Below the pieces are notes generated by a model. It was not told where the DNA came from. It worked only from the letters and a program-made list of their open reading frames with translations, and did not search any database. Source: Octopus vulgaris (taxonomy: Eukaryota). Taken from it: a stretch of 64,000 bases of DNA. A program made the translations under genes and the position numbers. The DNA lies in assembly GCA_951406725.2 (NCBI GenBank), contig OX597822.1:100626001-100690000 (forward strand), written 5' to 3'. Of the stretch, positions 26,053 to 39,552 are shown one piece after another. Each line of letters begins with the position of its first letter. The stretch's first letter is position 1.

Positions 26053-27950
26053 CACACACACTTATACATATGTATATATGTGGCTATTTGGTTAAAATTT
26101 GCTTCCCAGCCTCATAGTTTCAGGTTCAGTCTGACTACGTGGCACCTGGGTAGGTGTCTTCTACTGCAGCTGTGTGTGTGTGTGTGTGTGTGATTGTCTT
26201 CACATTTGTTGTGAGCTGTAAACAAGTCATACAAGTAAGGTTGTGTGGTTCACTGCATTTTATGATGGCAAGAGTTGCAATGATTGGCCTGTTGGATCCT
26301 GTAACCAACAACATTGTTGTTTACAAATATCAATATAAAATAGAGATATATAATAGCACGTTTTATGAAGCAGTGTCTCATAGATTGGGTGTGGTTTAAA
26401 GGTGAAGGCTTGCTATTATTTACAGCAGGTCAAGCAATGACGTGAAAGCTTCAATGTTGGCTCATGTTTGCACTTGGAAAATGTGTTGGAGTAATTGTCT
26501 AATATTTTCAACTATTTGAATCCAGTAAGTTAATTGACTCATCCTGTATATATCCGTGTACACATACATATCTGATACAAGCATAGACGTTTATCAAATT
26601 TAATTTAGTAGCATATCCTTTTATCTCTCTCACAAGCTGTAGTGATGTTTTTAATCTCTATATGGTGATTTGATGTGCTGAGAAACTCTTGAGTTTTAAT
26701 ATGGACATGTATATCTATATGGAATTTTGTTATTGTTGTCTCGTTTCGTGTACTATCAGGGTTTTCTTGTAATGGTTATCTTGTGCTAATGTTTCAAAAA
26801 TACCTTTGAGAACTTAGTTTGATCCACCCTTGTCTATCTATCTATCTATCTCACATGTCTCACATATGGGCTTCACCAACCAATTTCTTAAGCTGTCAAA
26901 TGAGACAAAGCCTTTTTGAAATCAATATTTATAGTAAATTGAGTTTATTTTTTCTTCTATAGCATTTCATTAATTTGTAATCTTAAGCAGTATGTGTGGA
27001 TCATTCTCATCATCATCATCATTTAATGTTCATATTCGATGCTAGCATGGGTTGGACAGTGCATCAGGATCTGACTAGCCTGACAGCTGCATTAGTCTCC
27101 AATGTCTGCCTTGGTAAGGTTTCTACACCTGGATACCCTTCCCAATGCCAACTTCCTTTACAGAATATACTGGGTGCTTTTCTTGTGGCACCAGCACTAT
27201 TGAGGTCATCTAGTAACTCGTAAGACAAGATCCCTTGACTGAGTGGGATGCAGTATTGAGGGAGGTGGCTTTTTGAATCCGGTGTTGAGAGTTTAAAGTG
27301 TGAAAGAGGAACAGTAACACACGTTTTGCTGTAGAGGAGATTCGTGGCTATCCCTGCAGAAAAATGAGAAAGGATGGTAGAGATGAGGTATCAAGGCCTT
27401 TCCTTAAGGTACCAGAAGGTAGCTTGAAAGAGAAGAGGGGGCAGAGCATTAAGTATGACTGGGTGGATATGTACTTAGGTTTGCAAAATATGAAAGGGGA
27501 GTAGCAGATGGCAAGAGATGAGGACAGGAGTGAAAACTGAATGGTAAACATGAATGTAGGTGTGGGCAATGGTGTATCTCAGTATGGGAAAAGATGAGGA
27601 AAATAGGAGTGAAACATGGAGCAAAAGGCAGTAGGTGGTAATATACACACACACACACACATATATGAGAGAGAGAGAGAGTTCCCTAGGTGTTTGTGGC
27701 ATGAAGGGCATCCAGCTATAAAACATGCGTCTAACATGGAAAACATAAAAATGAATGAATGTATATATCCAGGATAAAGAAGGATGATTTTTTGTGTTAG
27801 TAATAATAATACATATTTTTATTTTTCTCAAATATTTTTATTTCATCCACCTTGGACTTTTTTTTTTTCTTCGTTGCATGATATTAGTGCAATGATGTTT
27901 TTTGGTTTTATTTGCTGTTCTGAATATATATTTTTGGTCCTTATGTACAG

Positions 27951-27989
27951 AAAGAGTCCCCAGTTCTTGTACCTAAAAATGGAGATGTT
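27951..27989 (+). CDS. GckIII: 39-nt symmetric microexon (KESPVLVPKNGDV), probable cassette
   Basis: gtacag|AAA...GTT|gtgagt; open frame, phase 0-0, consensus donor; no homology support. Confidence 0.7.
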
Positions 27990-29253
27990 GTGAGTTATTT
28001 AGCATTTTACTAATACCAACAAAGCTTTTAGCTTATTCCTTAAAAAGCTTATAAAACATTAATTTTTGCCTCTTTATCTTTTTTACCAATGATTTCTAAT
28101 CTTCCCCAAATTCTACTTTTGGGTACCTTATTCTATTTATGTGTATATATATACATGTGCGTGTGTGTTGTTAGAATATCTAGGAATTTTACTACTTAAT
28201 TTCACTAAGTTTTTAATTTATTAAAAGTGTTGTCTTTCTTGACATTTTTTGTATTTAAATTTTTTCTCTTTTTAGAGTTATCTTTTAATCTCCTCTAAGA
28301 AAATAAATTATATAATCTGAAAGGTTTAATCTTATAGTTAACTGAATCTTAGTAGTTTAATTATGCAATTAAGATGAATCTCTAGAACTGAATATAAGGG
28401 ATATTAAATGTTGATTACAAATGCAACAGATGTATGGAAGAGAATTAAGAAAATGTTTAAGTCCCTATTAGGAACTCTTTCTGAGTTGTTCTCTTTCATG
28501 TGTCCCTTGTATTTGTAACCATACTTAGTTTCAGTGCAAAGTTATTTATAATTTCACTTATTTTAACTATTTTTACTTACGAAGACATTGTTCTGGTTGT
28601 GCTAATTTAATAAAATTAAAAGCAACAAGTTGAAACAATTTGAAATTTAAATACAGTTGTATGAGGTGCTTGACTGCAAACATTACTTGTGACTTTGTTT
28701 CTAAAAATCATTTCAGTGAAGAGAATAGTGCCCTATATCAAAGTTTCTGTAAAAAAAAGGAAAAAAAAAGATTACAAGCATATTCATTTGGATATTGTGA
28801 CCATTTATTTTGTAACATGCTGGATTTGTTAAAGCTGCCAGTGTTTTTTTCTCTTTCCTTGTTTATTCCTAAACAATGCTACAAAGTCAAGTCACTTAAT
28901 AAAACTAAGTCATTCCACATTTTGTAAAAAAAAAAAAAAGCTTTCATGGTTTCGTTAATAAAACATTTTCTGTAAGTTAATTGTATTTAAAGCATTCAAA
29001 AACTCAAATACTAGATTTACTTTCTATTCTATTTTAGTCTAGTTTGATTGTGTCATTTACCATTCCACGTTTGTTTTTTGGTATTTGGTGCTGATGCTTT
29101 ACAAATATTGTTATCCATTTGCTAATTTAACTAAATTCCATTACTTAACTAACACACAGTTTATTTTTTTTTATATGATTTTTCCCTTGCTTCTTTGCAA
29201 TGATTTATTTATTTATTTTGTATCTGTTACACTTCTTCAATATTTCTGATTAA

Positions 29254-29472
29254 CCCTTTAGTATTTAAACCGGCCATATCCGGCCAAAATAGCTAATCTG
29301 TTTTATGTTCAAACTAATCAGATCCAGGCTCTCACACCTACCCTACAATGTTATTCTATATTAAGTAATTACACCGTCAAGCTCTTGAAGATATGAGATA
29401 ATGCATGATTAATTCAAATCAATGGGAATCAATAAGCATTATGTTTGATAGAATAATCAGAACACTAAAGGG
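29254..29472 (-). mobile_element. piggyBac-like MITE family P1, inverted relative to 17275
   Basis: TTAA TSD at 29250-29253 and 29473-29476; about 11 differences in 219 nt from the 17275 copy. Confidence 0.9.
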
Positions 29473-29476
29473 TTAA

Positions 29477-29826
29477 GGAAGCACTCCGTCGGTTACGACG
29501 ACGAGGGTTCCGGTTGATCCGAATCAACGGAACAGCCTGCTCGTGAAATTAACGTGTAAGTGGCTGAGCACTCCACAGACACGTGTACCCTTAACGTAGT
29601 TCTCGGGGATATTCAGCGTGACACAGAGAGTGACAAGGCCGGCCCTTTGAAATACAGGTACAACAGAAACAGGAAGTAAGAGAAAGTTGTGGTGAAAGAG
29701 TACAGCAGGGATCACCACCATCCCTGCCGGAGCCTCGTGGAGCTTTAGGTGTTTTCGCTCAATAAACACTCACAACGCCCGGTCTGGGAATCGAAACCGC
29801 GAGTCCGCTGCCCTAACCACTGGGCC
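29477..29826 (-). mobile_element. tRNA-derived SINE family D
   Basis: Same head and gagcgaaaacacctaa body as 9382-9673 but a different 3' half; TSD atatttctgattaa at 29240-29253 and 29827-29840. Confidence 0.85.
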
Positions 29827-31686
29827 ATATTTCTGATTAATATATCTTAAATTATCAGTAACAAAAATTGGTCAACATTTTAGTTTCCTGCTGGTATGAC
29901 TTTTTTAAGCATCCAGAAACACAGCTATTTCTTTCTACAGGAAATGGCCCATGTAACAAACAGTGTGCTGAATTTTAGATTGATACATAATGATTATAAT
30001 CTGTTCCACTTAGAATATAATTAAACGCTTTAGTTTTTAAATGTTTCTTTTAGTATTGCTTAGCTTCCTTTACTGGTTAATTTCCTTCGAGTTATTTTAT
30101 GTTTGGTTTGTGTGGTATCCTACAATTTCTTTCTTTTTGCTCATCCCCCTCAATGTCCTTTTCTTAATGATTCATCAGTGCTAATTAACATATTGCTAAT
30201 GATGTTTGTTAACATATGGTAACGGAAATAAATCTGTGCTTTACTCATCTATCTAAACTTTCTATAGCCCTTTTCTTTTTACATATTGACCTCTCATCAA
30301 ATGCTGAGATGTTCATACAATTTATTTTCCATGGATGCATTAGATTTTCTGGTGTTGTTTATTAATATCCAATTAATTCTCATTTTTTTTACTTTATTTT
30401 TTGTCTAAGAAATTCTCTGTCTTAAAAGCCATTAATGTTTACCAATTATTTTAAGTTACGTTTTAATAGGGTGGCAGGATTACATACATATACATGTACA
30501 TAACAGAAAGCTATTTTTTGATAGATGCATTAAAAGGTTTTTTACCACTAGTACTTAGAAAGAAATAATGGCTAAGAAAAGAACTGAAGAAAAAGATTTC
30601 ATTTTAAAGATAAACTCCTCCATCACCACCAAAAAAAAAAGAAAAAAGTATCTCAGTTACGTTCCATTATATATGACTTATTAAATTTGAGTATCTTCAA
30701 ACTTAAAATAGTTACACTTCATTGTTGAGTGGATGGTGTTAAGAAGGGCAGCCAGCTCCAATATTCAAACATATCTGTGTAAGCATCTGACTCATGCTTC
30801 AACAGAAGCAAAGGGATATTCTTCATATATAATCTTTTTTAATCAGTCACACTGAATGAAATAATATCTCTAGTTTTATGATTTTTATTTTGTTTTAAAA
30901 GATAGAGGTTTGACTTTTAATATGAAATTACATAATCAGTAAAATTTTATAATCTACCAAACAGTTTCCCTGATACAAATAAAAAGTACTTTCAGTTTAT
31001 TTATGATATCACATTGTTGATAAATTTATCAAAAAAAAATCAATATAAGCACAATATATTCTGTATGTGGAAAAGCCATTTTAAGTCATTGATGTATTGG
31101 AAATCCTGCTTTTGAAGAGACATAATTTTGGAGTTGATGAAATGATTTTAAACGGGGTGACGACAAATAACATATAATGTATTTTTCCTAAATGTGACAA
31201 AATGTCTTAAATTTACCTTTGATTTATATGATTTACGAAATATAAATAAAAATATATTTGGATATGATACTTTCAACTTGGAATTGATACTATAGACTTA
31301 AGAATTGTAGTCTCAAAATGTATTTCAAATAAATAAATCTAGATCTGTAATGCCTATGTTCTAAGGTTTACAAATAAACTATTTGAACCAGAAAGAGAAG
31401 CATGCACCTCACTGGGATTAAATAAAATGGTCCCCACCTCCCACATACACATAATGCCAGTCAGTCTACAAGAGTTCAAACTAACTTCTAGTAGTAGTGC
31501 TGGGATTATCTAGTATATTTTGTAAAGGGGTTGATGTTCACTGAAAAATGCTCTGCAATAATTAATATTTACTGTTATGACTATTTTCCTTAGATGTTCT
31601 TTGAACAAGCTGTTTGTCAGCTGAGTCTGTTATTTTTTACTGCATTAATCAGTATTTGCTAACTTGAAAATTTAGAATACACTGTT

Positions 31687-32090
31687 CATCATCATCATTT
31701 AGCGTCCGTTCTCCATGCTAGCATGGGTTGGACGGTTCAACTGGGGTCTGTGAAGCTGGAAGGCTTCATCAGGCCCAGTCAGATCTGGCAGTGATTCTAC
31801 GGCTGGATGCCCTTCCTAACGCCAACCACTCCGTGAGTGTAGTGGGTGCTTTTTACGTGCCACCCACACAGGTGCCAGACAGAGCTGGCAAACGGCCACG
31901 AACGGATGGTGCTTTTACGTGCTACTGGCACGGGGCCAGGCGAGGCTGGCAACGGACACGAACGGATGGTGCTTTTATGTGCCACCAACACAGGGGCCAG
32001 GCAGAGCTGGCAAACGGCCACGAAACGGACGGTGCTTTTACGTGTCACCGGCACGGGGGCCAGGCGATGCTTGTCACCGGCACGGGGGCC
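31687..32090 (-). mobile_element. Family A copy with about four modules
   Basis: Reverse complement of tail, core and repeated ggtgcttttacgtg modules. Confidence 0.88.
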
Positions 32091-33039
32091 CAATGAATAT
32101 ATTACTACGATTGTCACAGTGATATTAATTCACTAGTGTTATCTATTATATAACACCTAACTTTGGAAATATACTTTTATATCATCATGGGTAATAGCAG
32201 GAAATATGGTGTGCATACAATAATTATAATATAGCTTCTATCAAATTAATTCATGGTGGCAAAAGTATACTTACAAAGTTACCTTCATATGATTGGTGAC
32301 ACTAGTTAAACTATGATCTGAATTGACATTGTATTGTCTTATCCTTTTTCATTGCGTCTGAGTAAATTAAAATATTAATCACAATATCTGCAGCAATAGA
32401 TATACTGATCAGTTATTGCTACATGTTAGATGCAGTTTTTGGCATACTTATAGCAATTGGTATGGCATTAATGTTTTGTCATGTGTAAAACATTGGTTTT
32501 CTCCGGGTTTACATGTAATTCAGATCTTGATAAACAACTCCCTGATTTATCTATATTATTACTTTCATAGGTGGGAAAATCATTTTGTGCTGTTATTTCT
32601 TTATCATATATTGTTTCTCTTGTTTGTTTTTGTTTGTTTTTTTTAATGGAAATTATGTTTGTGATATTTACTAGATTAGGAAAGTTCATGTCTTTCAGAT
32701 TTGATATTTGTAATCAATTCCAAATGAATTATTTTGATTAAAATTTAACATTTCTAAAACAGTGTTTTACTAACACTTTAACCTTTTTGTCTTTGGAAAA
32801 GCTATTTAAATTTCAGTACAATTTTTCAAGTGTGTTTAATACTTCTAAACTTGCGTTGCTCAGTACTTTTTTTTTTTTTTTTATTGTAAACGTATTTTTA
32901 TTATTTTTATTTTAACTGCCCTTGGGCTTTCATAAATGACGGGTAAAATAAACTATGAATATTTTCTTAATATCCTTCACAAGCAAATTTGCATCTATAA
33001 AAAAATATACTTCAATAAAAATGCTCTTATGTATGGTAA

Positions 33040-33190
33040 ATGATCGTTAATAAGACGAACTTTCTGTAAAATAATTTGTGTTTCTAATTCGTCTATGATT
33101 TGTTCATTGAAAGAGCCAAGATTGAGTTCTTTGAAATGTTCCTCTGGCAATTTGTTGAACAAAGTTGCATGTCTTTGGTCAATTAAAAAC
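33040..33190 (-). mobile_element. Decayed CR1/L2-like LINE C-terminal fragment
   Basis: ATLFNKLPEEH....LGSF...ID in ORF 32995..33192 resembles the LFNxLP...F...LD LINE ending. Confidence 0.35.
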
Positions 33191-33301
33191 ATTCTATTTA
33201 ATTATATAATTTTCTGTTATGTACCTCACTTGCTATGCTTTCTTCTTCTGTCTGTTAAAAATACTGTATTTCTGAATCTACGCATGCTGTTTCTCTTGTA
33301 G

Positions 33302-33382
33302 CAAATTCAATCTGCTCCACTTAGCCATCATGGTCGTGCTGACTCTACACCAGCCATTCAAAACCATGATGCTGACTACATT
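33302..33382 (+). CDS. GckIII: 81-nt symmetric linker exon (QIQSAPLSHHGRADSTPAIQNHDADYI)
   Basis: tttctcttgtag|CAA...ATT|gtaagt; open frame, phase 0-0, perfect donor, GC content above the flanks. Confidence 0.78.
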
Positions 33383-36300
33383 GTAAGTTACCTAATAACA
33401 TATGTACCATTTTAGCTTACTGAACTTTATCTTTTTTTTTTTTTTTTTTTTTACTTCCAAAATTTTCCTTTACTCCTTTGTGCTTCTCTCTCTACTACCA
33501 AATGTCTACACTTAATATCCCGTCTTTGCTTTAGCTACCGTTCATATTGTCGTAGTCTAATTTAAGTGTAAAACAACCTTTGTGCACAATTGTTTAGTTC
33601 TTGTCTTGTCCTTTCTATAACGGCAATTAACATGCCATAAAATGCTCAAGTTTGAAACCCATGTAAGCAAGCAATAATTGCGTCTCAGACTAAATCCTTT
33701 AAATTTGAAAGCATGGAATTTTACATTTCTGAGTGCCGTAGGCAGCTTAGAAAATGTCAGCTTTTTTTAAAATTTAATAACATTGGCAACATTTTCATGA
33801 ATATATTATTTTGCCTTTGCTTTCTACTTAAATTCATTTCTTTACCTCTTGCAAATTCCCTCTGGTAGTTGTTAGTCTTCTTCCTTTGGTAGATTAGTTG
33901 CAAATATGTGGCAGTTTTTATTTTACAGTTTTTAATATTTCTTCTTGACACTGTTTAATTAATTAATTTATTTATTTATTTATTGTCAATAACCTTTTTC
34001 CCAATTTAAAACTTAATATCTGTATTCTCCGTTTACAATGGATTTATAATAATTTTGCTTAAATATGAAAAACAGCTGATTGTTGCTCCCCATGTGTCCG
34101 CTTCCTATGTTGGTTCTATAAAACACTGCAAAAAAAAGACAATACAAATAGTTGAAATAGAAGTGTGCTAACATTTGAGTATTGCTAAATAGATTAATAC
34201 TTTATAATATAATATTTTTGTTGCTTGGTGACTAATATTTATTTAGGTTGTATTAAATTGCAGCAAACCGGTGCTGGATTAATTTATATCTACAACAAAG
34301 TTTTTAAATATTTATGATCAAATTCAAACATATTGATCGCATTTTTTTTTTCTCTAGTTCTAAATTCATTCTGTTTATTCTAGCCATATTACTTTTCATT
34401 TAATTTTAAAATTCAATCAAGAATTTGCTCTTTCGCTTCTATTTCATATTTTAGCCTTTTATCTTTTTAATGCAAATTGCTCTGGCTGCTTCAAATTTCA
34501 TTTTCTTCATAAACCTCCTTCCCTTTTTCTCTCCTTTCTTTCCCCTTTTGAACAATACTGAAAGCTGTTCCATTGAAATTATTGTTCCAGTTATGTATTA
34601 GGATAAAGATTTCAGTTGTGATTTTAATACAAAATTGAAGTTATTAGAAAAGTCACACAAGTTTTGAACGTCCAGTTCTGGCATGGTCTGTCTACTTGAA
34701 CAATTTATTAATTCAATTCAACAAAGATAATACTATAAGGCATAAATATTGATGAAAATCGAATAATAATTACTCATGGGGTTCCCATAATTGAATAAAA
34801 AATACTTTACGTTTGCTGTGAATAGATTTAAATTCTTCATCTTTCACTTGACAAAAATTTTCGGAAGGGGTCATATTACTTTAGTTTCTAATAACATAAA
34901 ACAACCTTTGCATATCTGCAAATATTTTTTCTTTGAATACCATTTCATTCACTGTCAATAGATTTAAATTCCCACGTTTCTTTCCATGTGGATTTTTATT
35001 AGGGGTTATAGATGTAGATTTTCTCAATCATTTTAAAACCTCTGTGCAAGTCAGATATGCATCCTTTTTAACAAGATTTAACTCTGCTTAAAATAATATT
35101 TGTTGACATTTTGTTTCCTATATCAGCTACTAACTCTGTATTTCTAAAAACTAGTTTTTCTCCGGTATTTTTTTGCCTACTTTGAAGCTGTTAAATAAGT
35201 CCTGTTTTCTTGAGCTAGAGCTTAGAGCTTCATTTAACCACAAGATTGCCTTTTTTTATGGGATTTACTCTTGGTTGTTATTTCTAATTAGAATTGATAG
35301 AGCATGTCTCGTGATATGTTTTATAAAAATTTAACATTGTAAGGTAGCCTCTTGTAGCTTATTGCCTGTAACATTTCTTCAATGTAGGCTGTAATATATT
35401 CATCTACTAATTCAATATTGTCTGATTGTCTGGTGGTTGGTTATAACAAAGCCCTAATCTTACTAGATTGGTACTTTTTTTCTAGTATCTAATGCTTTTT
35501 ACCATGTTAGATCAACGCATGGTTTTTAGATGTTTTCTTTGGAGTCAGAACGTTGCATCTCTAACCCCCAAAGCAATTTCTTCTAAGGTTTCCGGTATAT
35601 TTGTTTTCCAGGGCGCCAAACATACTCGTAGCAAGTCAGATATGCATCCTATCTCTTCTGAATCAATAGAAAATTTCAGAGTAAGTCTATTCTTACAATG
35701 TCCATTCTTTCCCCCCCTTTGCACTTCTTGTATCATCAAATCACTTTAGGAAATACCTGAACCATCTGATTGTCTGATAGTTAACCTTCACAACCTCCCC
35801 CCCCCCACCTCATCATTTGGTTATTGACCTCGAGATGAATTCCATGAAATAATTAGCTTTCACATTCTTTCTGTGTCAGTAATTTCTTTCGGTGACTGAT
35901 TTTGTATTTTATTTCAAAATACTACGTCTATTTTTTAAGACGGCTGCTCTTCATTTTTGAAGAAGAGAGGAGGAGAGACTATTTTTGGCAATACATAGAA
36001 AAGCGTAACTTTGAAATTTTATGGACGATACGTCTCCTTAATTTACCAATAAACTATATTTTCACAAAAAAGAGAATTTGAAATGTTTGTTGTGAAAAGT
36101 TATTTCTAGCGATGTTGGAAGTGTCGTAAAAATGAAAGAAGCGAAAAAGAATGGTATATTTTTTAATCTGTTCAGTACTTCTGCTGAACTGCTTTTGTTA
36201 ATTAAAAAAAACATCAAGATGCCGAACTAATAATGATGGTATCTACCAGGAGATGTCATTATGTAAACCAGTCAGTCTTGATCAAGTAAATTTATGGCAT

Positions 36301-37757
36301 GTACAGGTAGTTGGTCAGATGATTAGGTCTAACTGTTATAGCTGAAGTAGTAAGGTAATTTTTCTGTCGCATGTGTGAATATTGTGATCCAAGTTATGAG
36401 TTAGAGAAGTGACTGCTTGTATTGGTGACATTAAAGAGAATGCTTGCTAGTTTTTTCTTAAGGTGTGCATAAGTCTGTGATGCAGTTTGGTGATGATTTC
36501 TTCTTTCTTATCTTTTCATGAGTAGTTAGTATTACTACATAGCAATAATCATCTTCACTCTAATTTTTTGAGTGGTCGGTACACTAACATTTTGCTGTTT
36601 CTATCTATGGAAGTTAATCATTATATTTTTCTTATGACACCTGAGTTATCTCAATATCTCCTTGTTAGATTTTGACTTCTTGAACTCTTTCTCACTTGGA
36701 AATTTCACCATTATGAGTATTTCTCAAATACCATTTTCTTTTTAATCTTGTAAATTTTTCTGTGATGCAAATGATAAATACATGCAGATTTTATTATATA
36801 TATATATATATGTTTTTTTTTGCATATAATCTATTTCTTTGAGTTTTTATTTTTCATGAAGAAACACCATACACACATATTACAGTTTATTGTAACCCCT
36901 ATCTCGAAGAAAAATACCATTATAAGTATATTCATAATAACTTGAAAATTAATTGGTATTCAAAATATTTTCATTAAATTTTTTATTATTTAAACTAATT
37001 CTAGTAATTTAGTAATTACATTTGTATTTCACATAAAATTGAAGAGGGTTAAAAAAAAACCAAAACCAAATATTTCTTGACTTAGAAATATTGCTAAGAG
37101 AAATCCCAAAATGTATGCAATCTAGATGAAATCAATGTTCTAACCAGCACAATGATCTTGTCAAATTATGTGTCTGAAACTATTGTGACCTTCATAACTC
37201 ATCAGGATTTTATTGGAATTAGTTTTATTGTTCCTTCACACTATTTTTTAAAATTTAATTACTTCATTTAATAATACATTACTTATTGCATTTGTTTTTC
37301 AGGTAGACATATTCTTAAGATAATTTGTTTTACAAGTTTTAAATTAGGTTACAAGCATTAATGAATTTTTTAAAAATTTCAATTGAATTATATATAATTG
37401 AATTCATTGATAACTCAATATATATATTTTTTCTTTGCTCACACAATTCTTATTAAAAATATATTTAGTTTTATTTTCGCTGAAAAATATTTACTTAATA
37501 ATTCCAAACTTTTAAATACTTTTCTTGTGGTTGGTTTACTTTTTTTAAAAAAATTAACACAAGAACATTCTCTTTGTAAAAACTGCTTAATGTTTTAAAT
37601 AATAATAATTTCTAGAGATTGTATTTAATTTTTTCACTACCAACCCTTTCAACATGTTACTGTAAGCACATTCTATTCAACTACACGTTTGTCTACCATT
37701 TATTTTATATCATTTCGTATGTTAATATTTATTCCATCTTGGTACTTCCTCCCTTAG

Positions 37758-37871
37758 CCACCATCTTATATATTCTATAACCGACCTAAATCCCTGTACG
37801 ATCTCCCAGATGGCCATAAACCAATTGAACCTTCATACAAAACTAATACCCCTGCTGTCTACCATGTATAT
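37758..37871 (+). CDS. GckIII: 114-nt symmetric linker exon (PPSYIFYNRPKSLYDLPDGHKPIEPSYKTNTPAVYHVY), probable cassette
   Basis: cttcctcccttag|CCA...TAT|gtaagt; 38 open codons, phase 0-0, perfect donor. Confidence 0.72.
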
Positions 37872-39177
37872 GTAAGTTATTTTCAACCCTTTGTTATCCT
37901 TTAGATGCAGACTTTATAAGGAATGATAATCTTATGCATGAGTATTTTGCAGAAGAGAACACCTTAACTGATAGATCTTTTTTCTAATTATTAACCTTAA
38001 CTAAAATTTGTTGAACTTTGCTGAACATTAGATGTATTTTAAGATTTTTGTGTTGCTGATGAATTTTAAAATCTATATCAGCAGTCTTTTTTTTTTTTTT
38101 TAACCTTTATAGAATTTTCATTACAAATGTAACAGTTTTTAGAAAGTTGTGGTGCTTCCCCATAGCCCATTGGGTTTTAAATGCACCGGTGAAGATTTTG
38201 GTTTTTTACCTAGCTAGGAATAATGTGCTTGTGGTGAGTTCATCCCTCTCTTAGCTATACCCACAGGCTGAGTTGAAGTTTATTGGCCAGACACAGTATA
38301 CTGGTTGATGCTAAGATACAAGCTGTCAACCTCTCAGCTAGATGTCTGGATTATTTTCACTTCAACCATGTTTCGTAGAAAAGTTTACTATATACTTACA
38401 ACTGCTCTGCTTACAGTTTAAATGCTTTCTGATATACTATAATTAACTTAGACGTTTGAACGATTTGCACATACTTTAATACAAAAAAACAGAAAAAAGA
38501 AAATTAACATTTCATTAGAATAGACGCAGTTAATTAGGCTATTATTAACCCCTAACAATTGCATTTGTACCAACACTGCATTTCAAGCACCATATTCTCG
38601 TCATTTTATTTTAATGTGACACAATGGATAAGATCTTTAGAGGATTCCGAGTTCAGTCTTATGTGATATGTAGACTTTCAAGAAATAGAAAACACTAATT
38701 AATTCTTACCTGGAATTTCAGTGACAACATTGTGTTGTGACACCTGAATGTGTGTCACAAGTAATGATATATAATTAGAGAAAAGAGTAGAAACCTAACT
38801 ACAACAACAACAGGTGTTTAAAAAAATACATTTGGCAAGTAAATTATGGCTCAATTCTTTGAAATAGGGTGACCTAATCAGCATTATGTACACTCCACAC
38901 TACTAAAACACCTTTCAATAATTCCATATTAACTAACCCCCACATTAACATATACTAATTTTTGTGTTCAATATTTTCAGAATATTAATTTATTTTTGTA
39001 GGTGTTTAAAAAGAAAAATTGTTTTTATGTTTACTGATCTTAAGACTAATGATATCCTCTCTTACAATTTTAAATATATTGCTCAGTTTTGTTTAAGATT
39101 TCATGATAAGCATTTTTATTTTAAAATTAGCTGAATGGGAGTGAAGTAGAGATTTTGTCACTGCAGCTATCTGTATT

Positions 39178-39552
39178 GCAGGAGTGGCTGTGTGGTAAGT
39201 AGCTTGCTTACCAACCACATGGTTCCGGGTTCAGTTCCACTGCGTGACACCTTCGACAAGTGTCTTCTACTATAGCCTCGGGCCGACCAAAGCCTTGTGA
39301 GTGGATTTGGTAGACGGAAACTGAAAGAAGCCCATCGTATATATATATGTGTGTGTGTGTCTGTGTTTGTTCCCCCAACATCGCTTGACAACCGATGCTG
39401 GTGTATTTACGCCCCCATAAGTTAGCGGTTCGGCAAAGAGACCGATAGAATCAGTACTACGCTTACAGAGAATAAGTCCTGGGGTCGATTTGCTCGACTA
39501 AAGGCGGTGCTCCAGCATAGCCGCAGTCAAATGACTGAAACAAGTAAAAGAG
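39178..39552 (+). mobile_element. tRNA-derived SINE family C with CORE-like segment, full length
   Basis: tggctgtgtggt A-box, gggttcagttcc B-box, gacacctt..caagtg CORE-like stretch, internal (TA)/(TG), tail ggcggtgctccagcat..ccgcagtcaaatgactgaaacaagtaaaaga. Confidence 0.88.

Noticed and set aside
29941-29952. Possible 12-nt microexon EMAH after ctttctacag
   Set aside because: Good acceptor but weak donor (gtaaca); no other support.
37291-37308. Recursive splice site (tttgtttttcag|gtagac)
   Set aside because: Weak regenerated donor, short intron, and expected by chance.
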